Shown here piece after piece: positions 10,201-20,543 of a stretch of DNA of 64,000 nucleotides. The stretch spans positions 59,227 to 123,226 of the forward strand of contig CAYFXC010000005.1 of NCBI GenBank assembly GCA_964347045.1. Reading direction: 5' to 3'. Both the position numbers and the translations under genes were made by a program. The DNA comes from an uncultured archaeon. Lineage in GTDB: Archaea > Asgardarchaeota > Hermodarchaeia > Hermodarchaeales > Hermodarchaeaceae. The stretch's first letter is position 1. The number at the start of each line of letters is the position of its first letter. A model generated the notes under the pieces. That model was not told where the DNA came from. It searched no databases and was given only the letters and a program-made list of their open reading frames with translations.

Positions 10201-10482
10201 TTAGGGTGCTCCTCTGTTTCCTTCATCGATTGATTGGTCTCCTGGGATTTTCACAAGCCCTGGTTGAAAAGGCCAATCAACAACATATCGCATACCCTTT
10301 TTCCCATTCTTATCACCCCGTCTCCATGTGCCAACATAGATACCACTCCCATAAACGCGTACATATTCAGATAAGATTAAGATTGCAGCGGCTTCAGGGC
10401 TGATATTTGCTTCCTTGGCTTTCTCAACTAGTCCATTGTGAATTTCTTCGGGCAGATCTAGTTTCAAATTTCCGTTCACCAC
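10201..10482 (-). CDS. Small protein with N-terminal ribbon-helix-helix-like domain
   Basis: LKLDLPEEIHNGLVEKAKEANISPEAAAILILSEYV. GTG start abuts the nitroreductase stop. Confidence 0.6.
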   Translation of the reverse strand: MVNGNLKLDLPEEIHNGLVEKAKEANISPEAAAILILSEYVRVYGSGIYVGTWRRGDKNGKKGMRYVVDWPFQPGLVKIPGDQSIDEGNRGAP

Positions 10483-10483
10483 T

Positions 10484-11272
10484 TCATTTGGATTTTTTTT
10501 TCTTTGGTTGCTTCTTTTGATTTCGAAATGCAATTCGTCTGTAGGGAACACCCCATCGTTCTGCATAAAAGCTCCCTTCTAGAGGCCACCGTGAGGGACC
10601 TAACATGCGTGGCTGTTCAGGGATGCCTATACAAAATGCTGCGATTGGTGTCCATGTTCGAGGAATGCCCACTTTGTCACAGATTAATTCAACGTGCCGT
10701 TTATCCGCAAAGGGGACTGCCTGATAGGCACACGCGTAACCCATCGAATGGGCAACCAACCACATATTCATGACGCCCATGGCGACAACAACGCTTCCAC
10801 AGAGTTCATTAGGATACATGGCAGTGCTATCATGCCAGGTTTCAGAGGCACAGCAGATAATTACCGCATCTGCTTTCTCAGGATACCTGAAAAGTGAGCC
10901 ATCCCGCATTTCTTCATACGTGCCTGGACGACTAGCATCGGGTAAATACCACAAACGACCTTGTGTCGCTTCATAGGGGAAATTCCCGAACACGTATCTA
11001 GCTGCCTCCTGACTAATATCGGCGATGATTCGTTTCATTTCCATATCATCTCGAATTAGAACATAGCGCCACATTTGCATATTCTCTGGTGATGGTGCAT
11101 ATCGGGCGGCATCTAAAATTAGTTCTAAATCTTCGTCGGGAATTCTTTCTCCAGTCATATGCCGAATGCTTCGTCGCATCCGTATCAGCTCAACAAGTTG
11201 TTGTGTCGATTGTGTAAGACCACTAGATTCAACTTTGGCGGTTGTTGAACTTTTTCGTTTAACTTCTGTCAT
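10484..11272 (-). CDS. Nitroreductase family flavoprotein
   Basis: RRSIR, AARYAPSPENMQMW and NMWLVAHSMGY. Confidence 0.92.
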   Translation of the reverse strand: MTEVKRKSSTTAKVESSGLTQSTQQLVELIRMRRSIRHMTGERIPDEDLELILDAARYAPSPENMQMWRYVLIRDDMEMKRIIADISQEAARYVFGNFPYEATQGRLWYLPDASRPGTYEEMRDGSLFRYPEKADAVIICCASETWHDSTAMYPNELCGSVVVAMGVMNMWLVAHSMGYACAYQAVPFADKRHVELICDKVGIPRTWTPIAAFCIGIPEQPRMLGPSRWPLEGSFYAERWGVPYRRIAFRNQKKQPKKKKSK

Positions 11273-11390
11273 TTGTTGAACACCTTTTCTCTTGTATCGG
11301 TTTGTATTCTAATGATATTAAATGATAGCTCCACTCTCAAAGAAGAGAATTTCATAGTTTAATTGGGAGAAAAAACATCAATTCATATCG

Positions 11391-12128
11391 CTAGGAAGAC
11401 CGGATATGCATATTCAATTCTTCTAATTTCGCAACAACGGTTGCCACAGTATCTGGCGGTAAATCTGAAGGGCTGGATTTCAGGAGAGCGATAAGCTCCT
11501 TGTATACACTGGCAGCTTTTGCTCGGCTACTTAGATTATTCATTGCAGTATCACGAGCCTGTTCAATAAGTGGCTTCAGATATTCTCGTTGAACCTTTTG
11601 TCGGTTTTTCAAATCGTTAATGATAGTTTCGTTAGCTTCGATAACAATAGCAATTTTAGTGTCTGGGATATCAGAGGGACGATGTTGTGCTGGTGCGAGT
11701 GCTGGAGCTGGGGTTGAGATAGGAGCTGAAGTAGGTGCAGGCGCTGGTGCAGGTTTGGGGGCAGGAGCGGGTGCTGGTGTGGGGGCTGGTGAGGCTATTT
11801 TTATTTGGGGAATTATTTGTTCGGTCATTGCAGATTGAATAGCTTTGTCTATCACTTCAGCCAATGTAGTTTCAATGGGAGCTAGTCCATCTGCAACGGC
11901 TTTTCCTGTCGCTGTCATAACATTACCCACAGCCTTATCTAGGGCATCAATGCGTTTCTCAATATTGATCAATTGCACTGCTAATTTCTTCTGTGCTTCA
12001 TTCAAGTGGCTGATATAGGAAATGATTTTCTTCAACTCTGCCTCAATTCCACCTTTCGCCGCGGGTTTTGCCGCTGTTGCTTGTGCAGGAGTGGGTGCAG
12101 GTTGGGCTGCTTGTGGATCCCTAGACAT
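11391..12128 (-). CDS. Hypothetical protein: coiled coil, Pro/Ala linker, C-terminal four-helix domain
   Basis: Heptad N-terminal region, (PA)n linker and helical C-terminus. GGAG SD. Confidence 0.8.
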   Translation of the reverse strand: MSRDPQAAQPAPTPAQATAAKPAAKGGIEAELKKIISYISHLNEAQKKLAVQLINIEKRIDALDKAVGNVMTATGKAVADGLAPIETTLAEVIDKAIQSAMTEQIIPQIKIASPAPTPAPAPAPKPAPAPAPTSAPISTPAPALAPAQHRPSDIPDTKIAIVIEANETIINDLKNRQKVQREYLKPLIEQARDTAMNNLSSRAKAASVYKELIALLKSSPSDLPPDTVATVVAKLEELNMHIRSS

Positions 12129-12258
12129 CTGATATCAATCTCCATAAACTCCTAATAAATAGAAGTAGGTTGCAAAGAGTATAACCCTTCCGTTCTCATC
12201 TGTTCCGTAGATTCCAGATAAATGTTTAGCTCAATTTCTGGAAAAAGTCGGGTTGAAA

Positions 12259-12705
12259 TCAGGTTCTTTGAAGAATTTCCACATTCACTGGTATCCCTTG
12301 TCGAACAGATGCAGTAACAATGCAGTAATTCTCGAAAATATCTACGCATCGCTGAAACCGTTTCGGATCCTCCTCAATGGTTTTAATGTAAATCTTAGCA
12401 TCCAAATGAGGAATCCGCCAACGACCCTCTTCATTCCGTGCAGTCGTTGGTGTTACCTCGATGCGAATCGACTCAACCATCAATTTGCTTCTCTGTAAAC
12501 AAAACATCAAACTTGCTGAGAGACAATTTCCAATTGCGACTGCAAGTACACGTGTTGCATTGGGACCCTTATCCTGACCCAATGGTGGCGGTTCATCTAA
12601 GGTCCACTCAGAAAACTCAGGTTTATCAAAACGAACCCGAAACTCATAATTTTCCACACGTTCAAGGATAATCGAATAGCTCCGTGGCTTTTCTTTGTCT
12701 GACAT
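12259..12705 (-). CDS. OsmC/Ohr family protein
   Basis: DEPPPLG..GPN, GNCL and FENYCIVTASV (two conserved Cys). Confidence 0.9.
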   Translation of the reverse strand: MSDKEKPRSYSIILERVENYEFRVRFDKPEFSEWTLDEPPPLGQDKGPNATRVLAVAIGNCLSASLMFCLQRSKLMVESIRIEVTPTTARNEEGRWRIPHLDAKIYIKTIEEDPKRFQRCVDIFENYCIVTASVRQGIPVNVEILQRT

Positions 12706-12794
12706 ACAAGGCACCAACCATGGGTATTCACTACTGAGCTATATAGCATTTAATATAGTAAGGCAGGATTTGCAAATCTTTTGTTTCTATGGTT

Positions 12795-14474
12795 CTATTC
12801 ACGATTGAAAATAGATTTCAAACCCATTTTTTCCAGTTGTTCCTCTTGGAGCACCCGACGGAGAACCTTCCCTATCATCGATTTGGGTAAGTCGTCTCGG
12901 AATTCTACAAATTGAGGTCGTTTGTAGTAGGCGAGTTTATCTTTGGTATATTCAATGATTTCCTCGGAAGTAGCTTCTTCGCCTTCTTTCAGAACGACTA
13001 TTGCCATCACAGTTTCCCCGCGCTGTTCATCTGGAATACCAAATACGGCCGCTTCTGTGATCTTTGGGTGGTCATAGAGAACTTCTTCAACATCACGTGG
13101 CCACACTTTGAAACCAGCGCGGTCAATCATTTGCTTTGCCCGATCAACAATATAGAAGTAACCGTCTTCATCCATTTTGGCGATATCACCGGTACGCAAC
13201 CATCCGTCTTCCATTAATTGTTTATCAGTTTCTTCGGGTTTGTTCCAATAGCCTTGCATGACCTGAGGACCCTTAATGACAAGTTCGCCCTCTTGTCCAG
13301 GTGGCAAGTCTTCGCCAGTATCGAGGTCAATGATTTTTGCTAATGTGCTTGGCATCGGGATACCAACGGAACCTTCGCGTTTCTTGTCAAAGGGGGGTTT
13401 TTCTTGGATGGGGTTGGCATGGGTAACTGGGCTTGCTTCCGTCAATCCATACCCTTCAACGATGTTTGCACTTGCAATATCTTCGAAAGCTTTTGCAACA
13501 GCCATGGGAAGAGGAGCGGCTCCTGATAGACAAGCTGTGACAGAACTCAAATCGTATTGATCAAGATCATCTCGTTGTAGGAGTGATGCATAAAGCGATG
13601 GGACACCCGGGAAGAATGCCACTTTGTGACGAGGGATATCCAGCAAGATTTGATCCAGGTTGGGACGAATGTGCAATACTAGTTTTCCACCAAGTAAGAC
13701 AGTAATTAACATACCGACAGTAAGTCCAAAGGAGTGGAAAAAGGGTAATACCGCGAGGGTTCCTGCATTGTCTCCATGTTTTGCAAAGGGAATCCAATTT
13801 CGGCATTGATATGCATTGGCAACAAGATTGTAATGGGTAAGAATAGCTCCTTTTGGAACGCCGGTCGTTCCACCAGTATAAAGTAAAACTGCTGGAGTGT
13901 CTTTTGGTTTTACTGAAATCTTCTGTGGTTTCGGTTCATACTTTTCAAGGAGTTCACCCCACATGTGATATCCCTCAACATCAGGCGGTGTAAAACTGAC
14001 ACGCATACCAGGAAATGAATCTGCCAACGTGGTAACGATAGTGGTTTTGACCTTGGTATTATCCCTGATTTTTTCATAGTTCTCATGCATGATGTCAACA
14101 AGGATAATCGCTTTCGCACCAGCATCATTGAGTTGAAACTTAATTTCTGGTGCTTGATAAAGTGGGTTAATGAGTGTGAGAATCGCTCCGGCTTTCAGTC
14201 CACCAAAGAATGCGACTAGGAATTGGGGCATGTTTCCTAACATAATTCCAACCACGTCACCTTGCTTGATGCCTAGTTTGTTCAAGGCATTAGCCAGGCG
14301 ATCTGCTTCTTCGTTAATCTGTTTGTAAGATTTTTCAATTCCCATGAACGCGGTTAAGGTGTTATCCGGGAAATCCTTCGCAGTTTTTTCGAGGAGTTGA
14401 TACAGGGGGATTTCAGGGATCTCGATGGTTTCGGGAACATCGGGTTCATAAAATTTCAACCAGGGTTTTTCCAT
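12795..14474 (-). CDS. fadD: Long-chain-fatty-acid--CoA ligase
   Basis: YTGGTTGVPKG, EGYGLTE, GWLRTGD and LPKSMIGK. Confidence 0.93.
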   Translation of the reverse strand: MEKPWLKFYEPDVPETIEIPEIPLYQLLEKTAKDFPDNTLTAFMGIEKSYKQINEEADRLANALNKLGIKQGDVVGIMLGNMPQFLVAFFGGLKAGAILTLINPLYQAPEIKFQLNDAGAKAIILVDIMHENYEKIRDNTKVKTTIVTTLADSFPGMRVSFTPPDVEGYHMWGELLEKYEPKPQKISVKPKDTPAVLLYTGGTTGVPKGAILTHYNLVANAYQCRNWIPFAKHGDNAGTLAVLPFFHSFGLTVGMLITVLLGGKLVLHIRPNLDQILLDIPRHKVAFFPGVPSLYASLLQRDDLDQYDLSSVTACLSGAAPLPMAVAKAFEDIASANIVEGYGLTEASPVTHANPIQEKPPFDKKREGSVGIPMPSTLAKIIDLDTGEDLPPGQEGELVIKGPQVMQGYWNKPEETDKQLMEDGWLRTGDIAKMDEDGYFYIVDRAKQMIDRAGFKVWPRDVEEVLYDHPKITEAAVFGIPDEQRGETVMAIVVLKEGEEATSEEIIEYTKDKLAYYKRPQFVEFRDDLPKSMIGKVLRRVLQEEQLEKMGLKSIFNRE

Positions 14475-14726
14475 TGTACCTTGTCCTTCCTAAACAGAAT
14501 AGCACTAATATGGCATTTATTAAAGGAAAAGGCTTGCCATTATCATGCATAATAATGAATTTGACTTTCAAACGATCAGATCGAAATAACTGCTTTAAGA
14601 AAATAATCAAAAAAATAAAATCTTCCTAGGAAATCTCGATAGTCTTGATTGCTCAGAGTCTAGTTACTGACACTTAAAAGTCACCTTGGCAATGAATAAC
14701 TTGGATTCTGGCGAGGATGCACATGA

Positions 14727-15902
14727 ATGGATATTGCTGACTTACGGCACCATATCGCAGATTATTTGGACTGTGTTCGAGAGTTCAATCAAAGTGTTGT
14801 ATTAATTGATACTGGTGTTTTTCATCCTGCAGACTATCATGATCTAATCACACATCCTGAAGCGGTGTTAAATATAGAGAATCAATTTGTCAGTGAGCTC
14901 GTTCATCTTCTCAACGAATTAGATCGAGCTCTTCGTCATGCACGGGATTGGCGCCTTCATCTTGAGGATTTGACGCGAAATCTGTATTTTTCACCATTAG
15001 AGCAAACAACACTCTTTGAACGGAAACAGAAGGCAATACACATTCTCTCCCAAGATGAAATCAAGGCACGAATCAAATCTCAGACTGATGGCTTAGGATA
15101 TCTGCGGTGGGTTGTTGCGGATACTGGTGGCGAACTTGAGCGGTTACTAATTGATATGCGGAATCTTGGTGTCACGGATCATGGATTTCGGAATCTATTT
15201 GCGAAGTATCAATCACCAGAATTAATTCGCTGGGAAAAAGCACTCGATGCATGGTTAGATCTAGATATTGAAGCTCTAATATCCGCTTTACAAGGCTTCC
15301 TCGACGATGCAAGTAGTGGTCTATTCGATCAGGCAATCCATGCCCTTGCAAGTTATATTGATGTGATTGTAAATCTCCTTGCGCAATTTTCAACCTTCAG
15401 TGGCAATTTTGCATTCCTTTCACTGGAATGGGTGTCTAAAGTTCAAATCCAATTTGACCTATTGACCGAAGCCAGCGTAGCATTGCATGAACTTCTGTTG
15501 CAACGAACACAAATGGGAATGCTTTATGTTGACCATGAAAGAGCCATTCTTCATGCAATTCTACCATCCGAAATTGACGTCAATGATTGGTATGCTATGT
15601 TCGCTACGAATCCTACAAAATCCGCACACGAGCTTTTACCCACCGAAATTCGCGTCGATGCCTTGTCCTATGCCATTCGTCAATCGGAAAATGCCCTAGT
15701 GTCGATGGATGATCAGGTGCAAATTGGTGGATATTTACTTAAATCTGTAGAAGTACTACCCGAATTGTTGAAATCCCCGGTAGTCGCGAAATTTTTAGAT
15801 GCTGATCGACAACGACTTGAATTATTTCGAACGGGCCGTCATGAACTTTTGCGACGATTACGTCAATTACGACAATATGCTAACTCAATTGAGGTTACTT
15901 AG
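14727..15902 (+). CDS. Hypothetical all-alpha protein
   Basis: 391-aa ORF with GAGGA SD and no recognised motif. Confidence 0.75.
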   Translation: MDIADLRHHIADYLDCVREFNQSVVLIDTGVFHPADYHDLITHPEAVLNIENQFVSELVHLLNELDRALRHARDWRLHLEDLTRNLYFSPLEQTTLFERKQKAIHILSQDEIKARIKSQTDGLGYLRWVVADTGGELERLLIDMRNLGVTDHGFRNLFAKYQSPELIRWEKALDAWLDLDIEALISALQGFLDDASSGLFDQAIHALASYIDVIVNLLAQFSTFSGNFAFLSLEWVSKVQIQFDLLTEASVALHELLLQRTQMGMLYVDHERAILHAILPSEIDVNDWYAMFATNPTKSAHELLPTEIRVDALSYAIRQSENALVSMDDQVQIGGYLLKSVEVLPELLKSPVVAKFLDADRQRLELFRTGRHELLRRLRQLRQYANSIEVT

Positions 15903-16123
15903 TCGTATATTTCGGGAATTCCTGCCGTAATTAGGAAAATACGCTTAATTGTGCTCTTTTTGTTCATTGGGAACTATTTGAGCCATCTAGGTAAATGATT
16001 TTAAAGCGAGATTGACCTAAAAGAGTGCTAGGCGACAACAGCGGGAGGCTTTTACGCTTTAAGTTTAGCATAAGCTTTCCAGCAAAACTCTTGGTAATAA
16101 TGGCTCCTTAGGAATTTGATATT

Positions 16124-19100
16124 ATGAAACATTCTTTTACGAAATTGTGTGGAATTCCATTAATCCTTCTGCTTACATTCACTTTGTTTTTTCCTTTGAT
16201 AACTCCAACTTCATTTTTGCCGTCGAATAAGGCACTGTTTTCAGTGTCCCCTCTTGATTTTCGTTCATTCGAGCCAACTGTGTCCCAACCGGCGTCTCCA
16301 GAATATCTAATTATCACGCCAAACAGTGCGTGGGTTCAATCATTCGCGGAATGGAAAAACCTGAAAGGGGTTCCAACGCAAGTAGCTAATGTGAGTTGGA
16401 TACAAGCAAACTATCCGATATCTGCCACGGTTCGGGATAAGGCTGAGCAGATTTGGACGTTCATTGAAGATGTGTATGATAATGTGTCACCTGCAACTCT
16501 TCAATGGGTTCTTCTCATTGGCGATAATACCACCATTCCCTCGCGCTATGTGTATTTACCTGATACTGCTGAATGGATTGGTCAAGATCCTAATCTGAAA
16601 CCCACTGACTTCTATTACTCTGTCATGGGTGATTCAGATTGGGATGATGATAACGACGGACGTTGGGGTGAATGTGCTACCTTCAACATTGGTGGTCCAG
16701 GCTACGATGAAATTGGAGATTGGCTACCTGATCTCTATGTGGGACGAATTCCGTTCAATGATCAAAGTAACGTATCAAGCATATTGGCTAAAAGCCTGAA
16801 TTATGCACGTAGCCCCACAAGCTTTTCACCAACCGGTTGGGATTCCTTTCTCCTCGGTGGTGCTATCAGCAATTATGATGAAGAATTATGGGCTTGGTTG
16901 GATCAAGATTACACTGATGAAGCCGAGCTCAGCGACTACATTGATGCAAACCACATTCCCGGTTACTATGATATCTACCGTTTCTATGAAGATCGGGCTT
17001 TCTTCTGGAACTATACATCTCCCAATACTTTTCAGAAATTAAATGAAACCGCCATAATCCAAGGCATCAACCAGTATTCACCAGCCCTCATTAACCTCGC
17101 AGCCCACGGCAGCCCCACCGACATTCAACGGAAGTACGATCCCTGGGGCTTTCCATATGGAAATACTTGGTCTAGCGCAACCGCTGGATGGAACACTCCA
17201 GTAACCGGTGTAGCTATTGGTGACCCCAATAATGATGGCAACAACGAGATTGTTTACACTCTTGGTTTAGGTGGAGGTGTTGGTTTACAAAATGGTACAA
17301 TCTGGCTCCGTGATGCAAACACAATGTTGGATACCTTAATTTGGGATCTCTGGACTATGCCCGTCGATGGTTTTCCGACCTTTGCAACATGCGTTGATAT
17401 TGGAGACGTCTGGAACAATGGCACCATTGCAGTTGTCGTGGGAACTTGGTCCGGTTCAACAGTCATCTTTACTTACTGGATGAATACAATATGGACTGCT
17501 ATCCTAGTTAGTGGTCCTGAAGTAACTGATCCTGTATTGTGCATTGAAGTCGGAAATGCTGATAATGTACTCGAACCTCATGGCTACGGAGGAAGTACTA
17601 CTCCTGCCACAAATGTTGATATCGCCTGGGGTCACTTCAGTGGATGGACCTTTATTGCAACCTGTTTTGGTGCACCAGGTGTATTGAACCATGTTATTTT
17701 CGTAGCAAATGTTCTGAATATCGGACAATCCGTATACTCTATAGATGTAGGTGATCCAGATGATGATGGGCTGGGAGAAATCACCTGTGGCACTGGTTAT
17801 AAGAACGCGAGTGTACTTCAGGGTGATTGCTATCAGCTTTGGTACAACCCAGGAATCCAGTGGAATCAACTCGTAATAGAAAAATCCCTAGGTGGGTTTG
17901 TCTATGGGGTTGACACTGGAAATGCAGCGAACGATGGGTATAACAAAGTGGTCGTCGGGGTTAGTAATGGCGCTATCTACATGTATGAATCCGGTTGTAT
18001 TCCTCTTGGACAAACCGGCTTCAAAGGACCTGGTGGCACTGATGTAGGTACTAAACAAACTGTCACTAGCTCAGGTGCGAATGCAGGTATGGTAAGATGC
18101 CTTAATATTGGCTATGTTGACGATAATGACCTTGTATCGACCTATCCGACGCCTATTGAACAGTATTCAATTATTGCTGGAAATCAATACGGTGGTATTT
18201 GGAAATACCATGCAAACAATGTTACTGGATTTCTTGACTCCTATCATATCGCAATTGAAAACTACATGTTTGGTGTCAATGTCACTGACCTAGATGTTGG
18301 CGAACTCAGCCATGTCACGGGTGAAACAACTCCCAATGAGGAGGTCGCAGCGGGAAGTGAGGTTGGCTTAATGCCTCTTTCCTTTGTTTATTGGTTTGAG
18401 TGGCCCTGGAATCTTTGGGGGAATATGTTGAATACCACTCAGGTTAATGCATCAACAGCCAGTATCCCTGCACTCGTTTATGCTGATTCATGTCATACGG
18501 CTGGATACGATTATGCTCAAGAAGCATTAGCCGAGACCTTTATTCGAAATATGGCTATTGGTTACATTGGCTCCATGCGAATTAGTTGGTATTATCGAGG
18601 TCCCGTGTCGAACTCCTTTACGTGGGGTCTAAATCGATATATGTCTCAAGACTTCTGGAATCTTTTCTTCAGTGGAACGACAGGTTATCGACCGGGTGCA
18701 ACACTCTATCAGAACAAAATTGATTACCAAACAACATTCGCTTCCATTGCTTCAACCTTTCCAGCAACATGGGAAACGTTTCATCGTAAGAATCTTCTCA
18801 GCTTTGCACTGTTTGGAGATCCTGAAGTTGATGTGTTCACAAATAATCCAAGGACACTTTCTGTTAACCATCCCGCAAATGCCAACTTTAATGGCGACAC
18901 GCTCTTTCGTGTCATGGATGGCACTTCACCAATTGCAGGCGCCACCATCTGTTTGTGGGATAAAGACGGATCTTATTACGAAGTTCAAATCACAAACAGC
19001 TCAGGCTATGCCATTCTCCATGTAACTGCTTCGGTGCCAAATTCCATCAATGTGACAGTGACCGCCCATGATTATGTACCCTACGAAACCATCATTGGAA

Positions 19101-19570
19101 CTCAGCATTGGCTCGATGTCACTCGTCCCCTTGTTTCCTATACTCCAGCGACATCACTTCTTGATATTACTAGTGTTACGGCTACCTGCAGCAATTCAGC
19201 ACATGGCACACTTGACGATGCTGAAGCCTCAACCAACACCTACGCAATCTACGATGACACGACTGGCCTAATAACAACTCTATCAGGTGCACTTACTTGG
19301 TCCGGAAGTGAATGGCAATACATTAGTCTGGATGTCTCATCACTTCCCCATGGGTCCTATTATGTTATCTGTACCTTTGCGGATGCGGATGTCAGTGACA
19401 CGAACAGTCCACGCTCTGCTGTCTTCACAATTGGTCCAGTTGGACCACCACCGTTTGACCTTTTCCAGTGGCTGCTACAGAATTGGCTTATCGTCGTTAT
19501 GGCAATTGTCATCATTCTTTTGCTGATTCTAATAGTTGTGCTATTACGGCGAAGAAAATCAGTTGAATGA
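16124..19570 (+). CDS. Secreted, C-terminally anchored C25 (gingipain-like) cysteine peptidase with FG-GAP-like repeat insert
   Basis: Signal peptide, YLIIT, VLLIGD, TDFYY, LYVGRIP, AHG, DSCHTA, IGYIGS and LFGDP motifs, then a C-terminal TM and RRRK. Confidence 0.88.
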   Translation: MKHSFTKLCGIPLILLLTFTLFFPLITPTSFLPSNKALFSVSPLDFRSFEPTVSQPASPEYLIITPNSAWVQSFAEWKNLKGVPTQVANVSWIQANYPISATVRDKAEQIWTFIEDVYDNVSPATLQWVLLIGDNTTIPSRYVYLPDTAEWIGQDPNLKPTDFYYSVMGDSDWDDDNDGRWGECATFNIGGPGYDEIGDWLPDLYVGRIPFNDQSNVSSILAKSLNYARSPTSFSPTGWDSFLLGGAISNYDEELWAWLDQDYTDEAELSDYIDANHIPGYYDIYRFYEDRAFFWNYTSPNTFQKLNETAIIQGINQYSPALINLAAHGSPTDIQRKYDPWGFPYGNTWSSATAGWNTPVTGVAIGDPNNDGNNEIVYTLGLGGGVGLQNGTIWLRDANTMLDTLIWDLWTMPVDGFPTFATCVDIGDVWNNGTIAVVVGTWSGSTVIFTYWMNTIWTAILVSGPEVTDPVLCIEVGNADNVLEPHGYGGSTTPATNVDIAWGHFSGWTFIATCFGAPGVLNHVIFVANVLNIGQSVYSIDVGDPDDDGLGEITCGTGYKNASVLQGDCYQLWYNPGIQWNQLVIEKSLGGFVYGVDTGNAANDGYNKVVVGVSNGAIYMYESGCIPLGQTGFKGPGGTDVGTKQTVTSSGANAGMVRCLNIGYVDDNDLVSTYPTPIEQYSIIAGNQYGGIWKYHANNVTGFLDSYHIAIENYMFGVNVTDLDVGELSHVTGETTPNEEVAAGSEVGLMPLSFVYWFEWPWNLWGNMLNTTQVNASTASIPALVYADSCHTAGYDYAQEALAETFIRNMAIGYIGSMRISWYYRGPVSNSFTWGLNRYMSQDFWNLFFSGTTGYRPGATLYQNKIDYQTTFASIASTFPATWETFHRKNLLSFALFGDPEVDVFTNNPRTLSVNHPANANFNGDTLFRVMDGTSPIAGATICLWDKDGSYYEVQITNSSGYAILHVTASVPNSINVTVTAHDYVPYETIIGTQHWLDVTRPLVSYTPATSLLDITSVTATCSNSAHGTLDDAEASTNTYAIYDDTTGLITTLSGALTWSGSEWQYISLDVSSLPHGSYYVICTFADADVSDTNSPRSAVFTIGPVGPPPFDLFQWLLQNWLIVVMAIVIILLLILIVVLLRRRKSVE

Positions 19571-19591
19571 CCAAACATTGCTATTACGTCT

Positions 19592-19621
19592 CTCTCCTGC
19601 AGGAGATAGCCTGTGGGAGAG
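19592..19621. terminator. Hairpin between convergent genes
   Basis: CTCTCCTGCAGG-agatag-CCTGTGGGAGAG, a 12-bp stem with two G-U pairs on the + strand. Confidence 0.45.
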
Positions 19622-19632
19622 TCCTTTCTCTT

Positions 19633-20478
19633 TTATTCTCTTAATCCTACATCGCGACGATACGAAGTATATGCTCTAACTGCTTTGAGCGAGATCTGAC
19701 TAGTAATAAACTGTTTTCTCTTATCTTGAATAATTCGCAGAGCTTGAGTGTTTGGTCCTTCGGAATTTAGAAACCGAATAGATGGGTCTGCAATACAAGA
19801 CCCCCCACAAGTGAAAACACCAGGAGCATATTCATGTGACGCTTGATCCGTGCTAACGATGGGAATTGTATATTCTTTGGCTCGCACAGAAACTAATGAT
19901 TGCCAAGCCCATTGCCCATACTCGATATGCAGGTTATTTAGAACCGTGGTCATTGTAGGAACCGCTAGGAAATCCACTTCTGGTGCATAATGAGACACTA
20001 AGTCGTGGTACCATAGGTCTGAACAGATAAGAACTGCCATTCTAAGATCCCCAATCTTGAAAGTTGGAAGCAGGGTTCCGGGTTCTAGGCCCAACTGCTT
20101 TTCAACACGGAAGGGATGGGATTTATCATATGAACCTAAAATTTTTCCCGAAGCAGAAAAGACAAAACTTCGATTTCTCCATTTGTTCTTATCCGTTCGA
20201 AAAGGAATAGAACCTGCAACAAAGGATACCTTATGTTGTTGTGCTAGATTGGTAATGTTAGATTGAATTTGTTCAGTAATTTGGTCGCTGTCCTGTTTTG
20301 CAGTTACCCATTCACGCAAGGTTCCAAACGCATACTCAGGTAAGACCACACAATCCAACATCCCCATTTCTGAGAAGGCTTGTTTAAGAAGCGTTTGAAT
20401 TTGGAGAAATGTATCGGATAAATTACTAGCTGGTTTAATTTGAAGTGCTGCGAGATTCAAAATTTCTTTTTGATTCAT
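19633..20478 (-). CDS. Carbon-nitrogen hydrolase (nitrilase superfamily)
   Basis: Glu-Lys-Cys triad in VLPE, YDKSH and LICSD. Confidence 0.92.
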   Translation of the reverse strand: MNQKEILNLAALQIKPASNLSDTFLQIQTLLKQAFSEMGMLDCVVLPEYAFGTLREWVTAKQDSDQITEQIQSNITNLAQQHKVSFVAGSIPFRTDKNKWRNRSFVFSASGKILGSYDKSHPFRVEKQLGLEPGTLLPTFKIGDLRMAVLICSDLWYHDLVSHYAPEVDFLAVPTMTTVLNNLHIEYGQWAWQSLVSVRAKEYTIPIVSTDQASHEYAPGVFTCGGSCIADPSIRFLNSEGPNTQALRIIQDKRKQFITSQISLKAVRAYTSYRRDVGLRE

Positions 20479-20543
20479 AGATACTCACCTCTATAATGAA
20501 AGTCTTGAATATTGGTTTCAATTTAGTCAGGTACGTTTTTGAA

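Noticed and set aside
11690-11795. Tandem repeat or CRISPR-like GGTGC/GCTGG array
   Set aside because: It is the Pro-Ala linker codons of the 11391-12128 gene, with no constant repeat and spacer structure.
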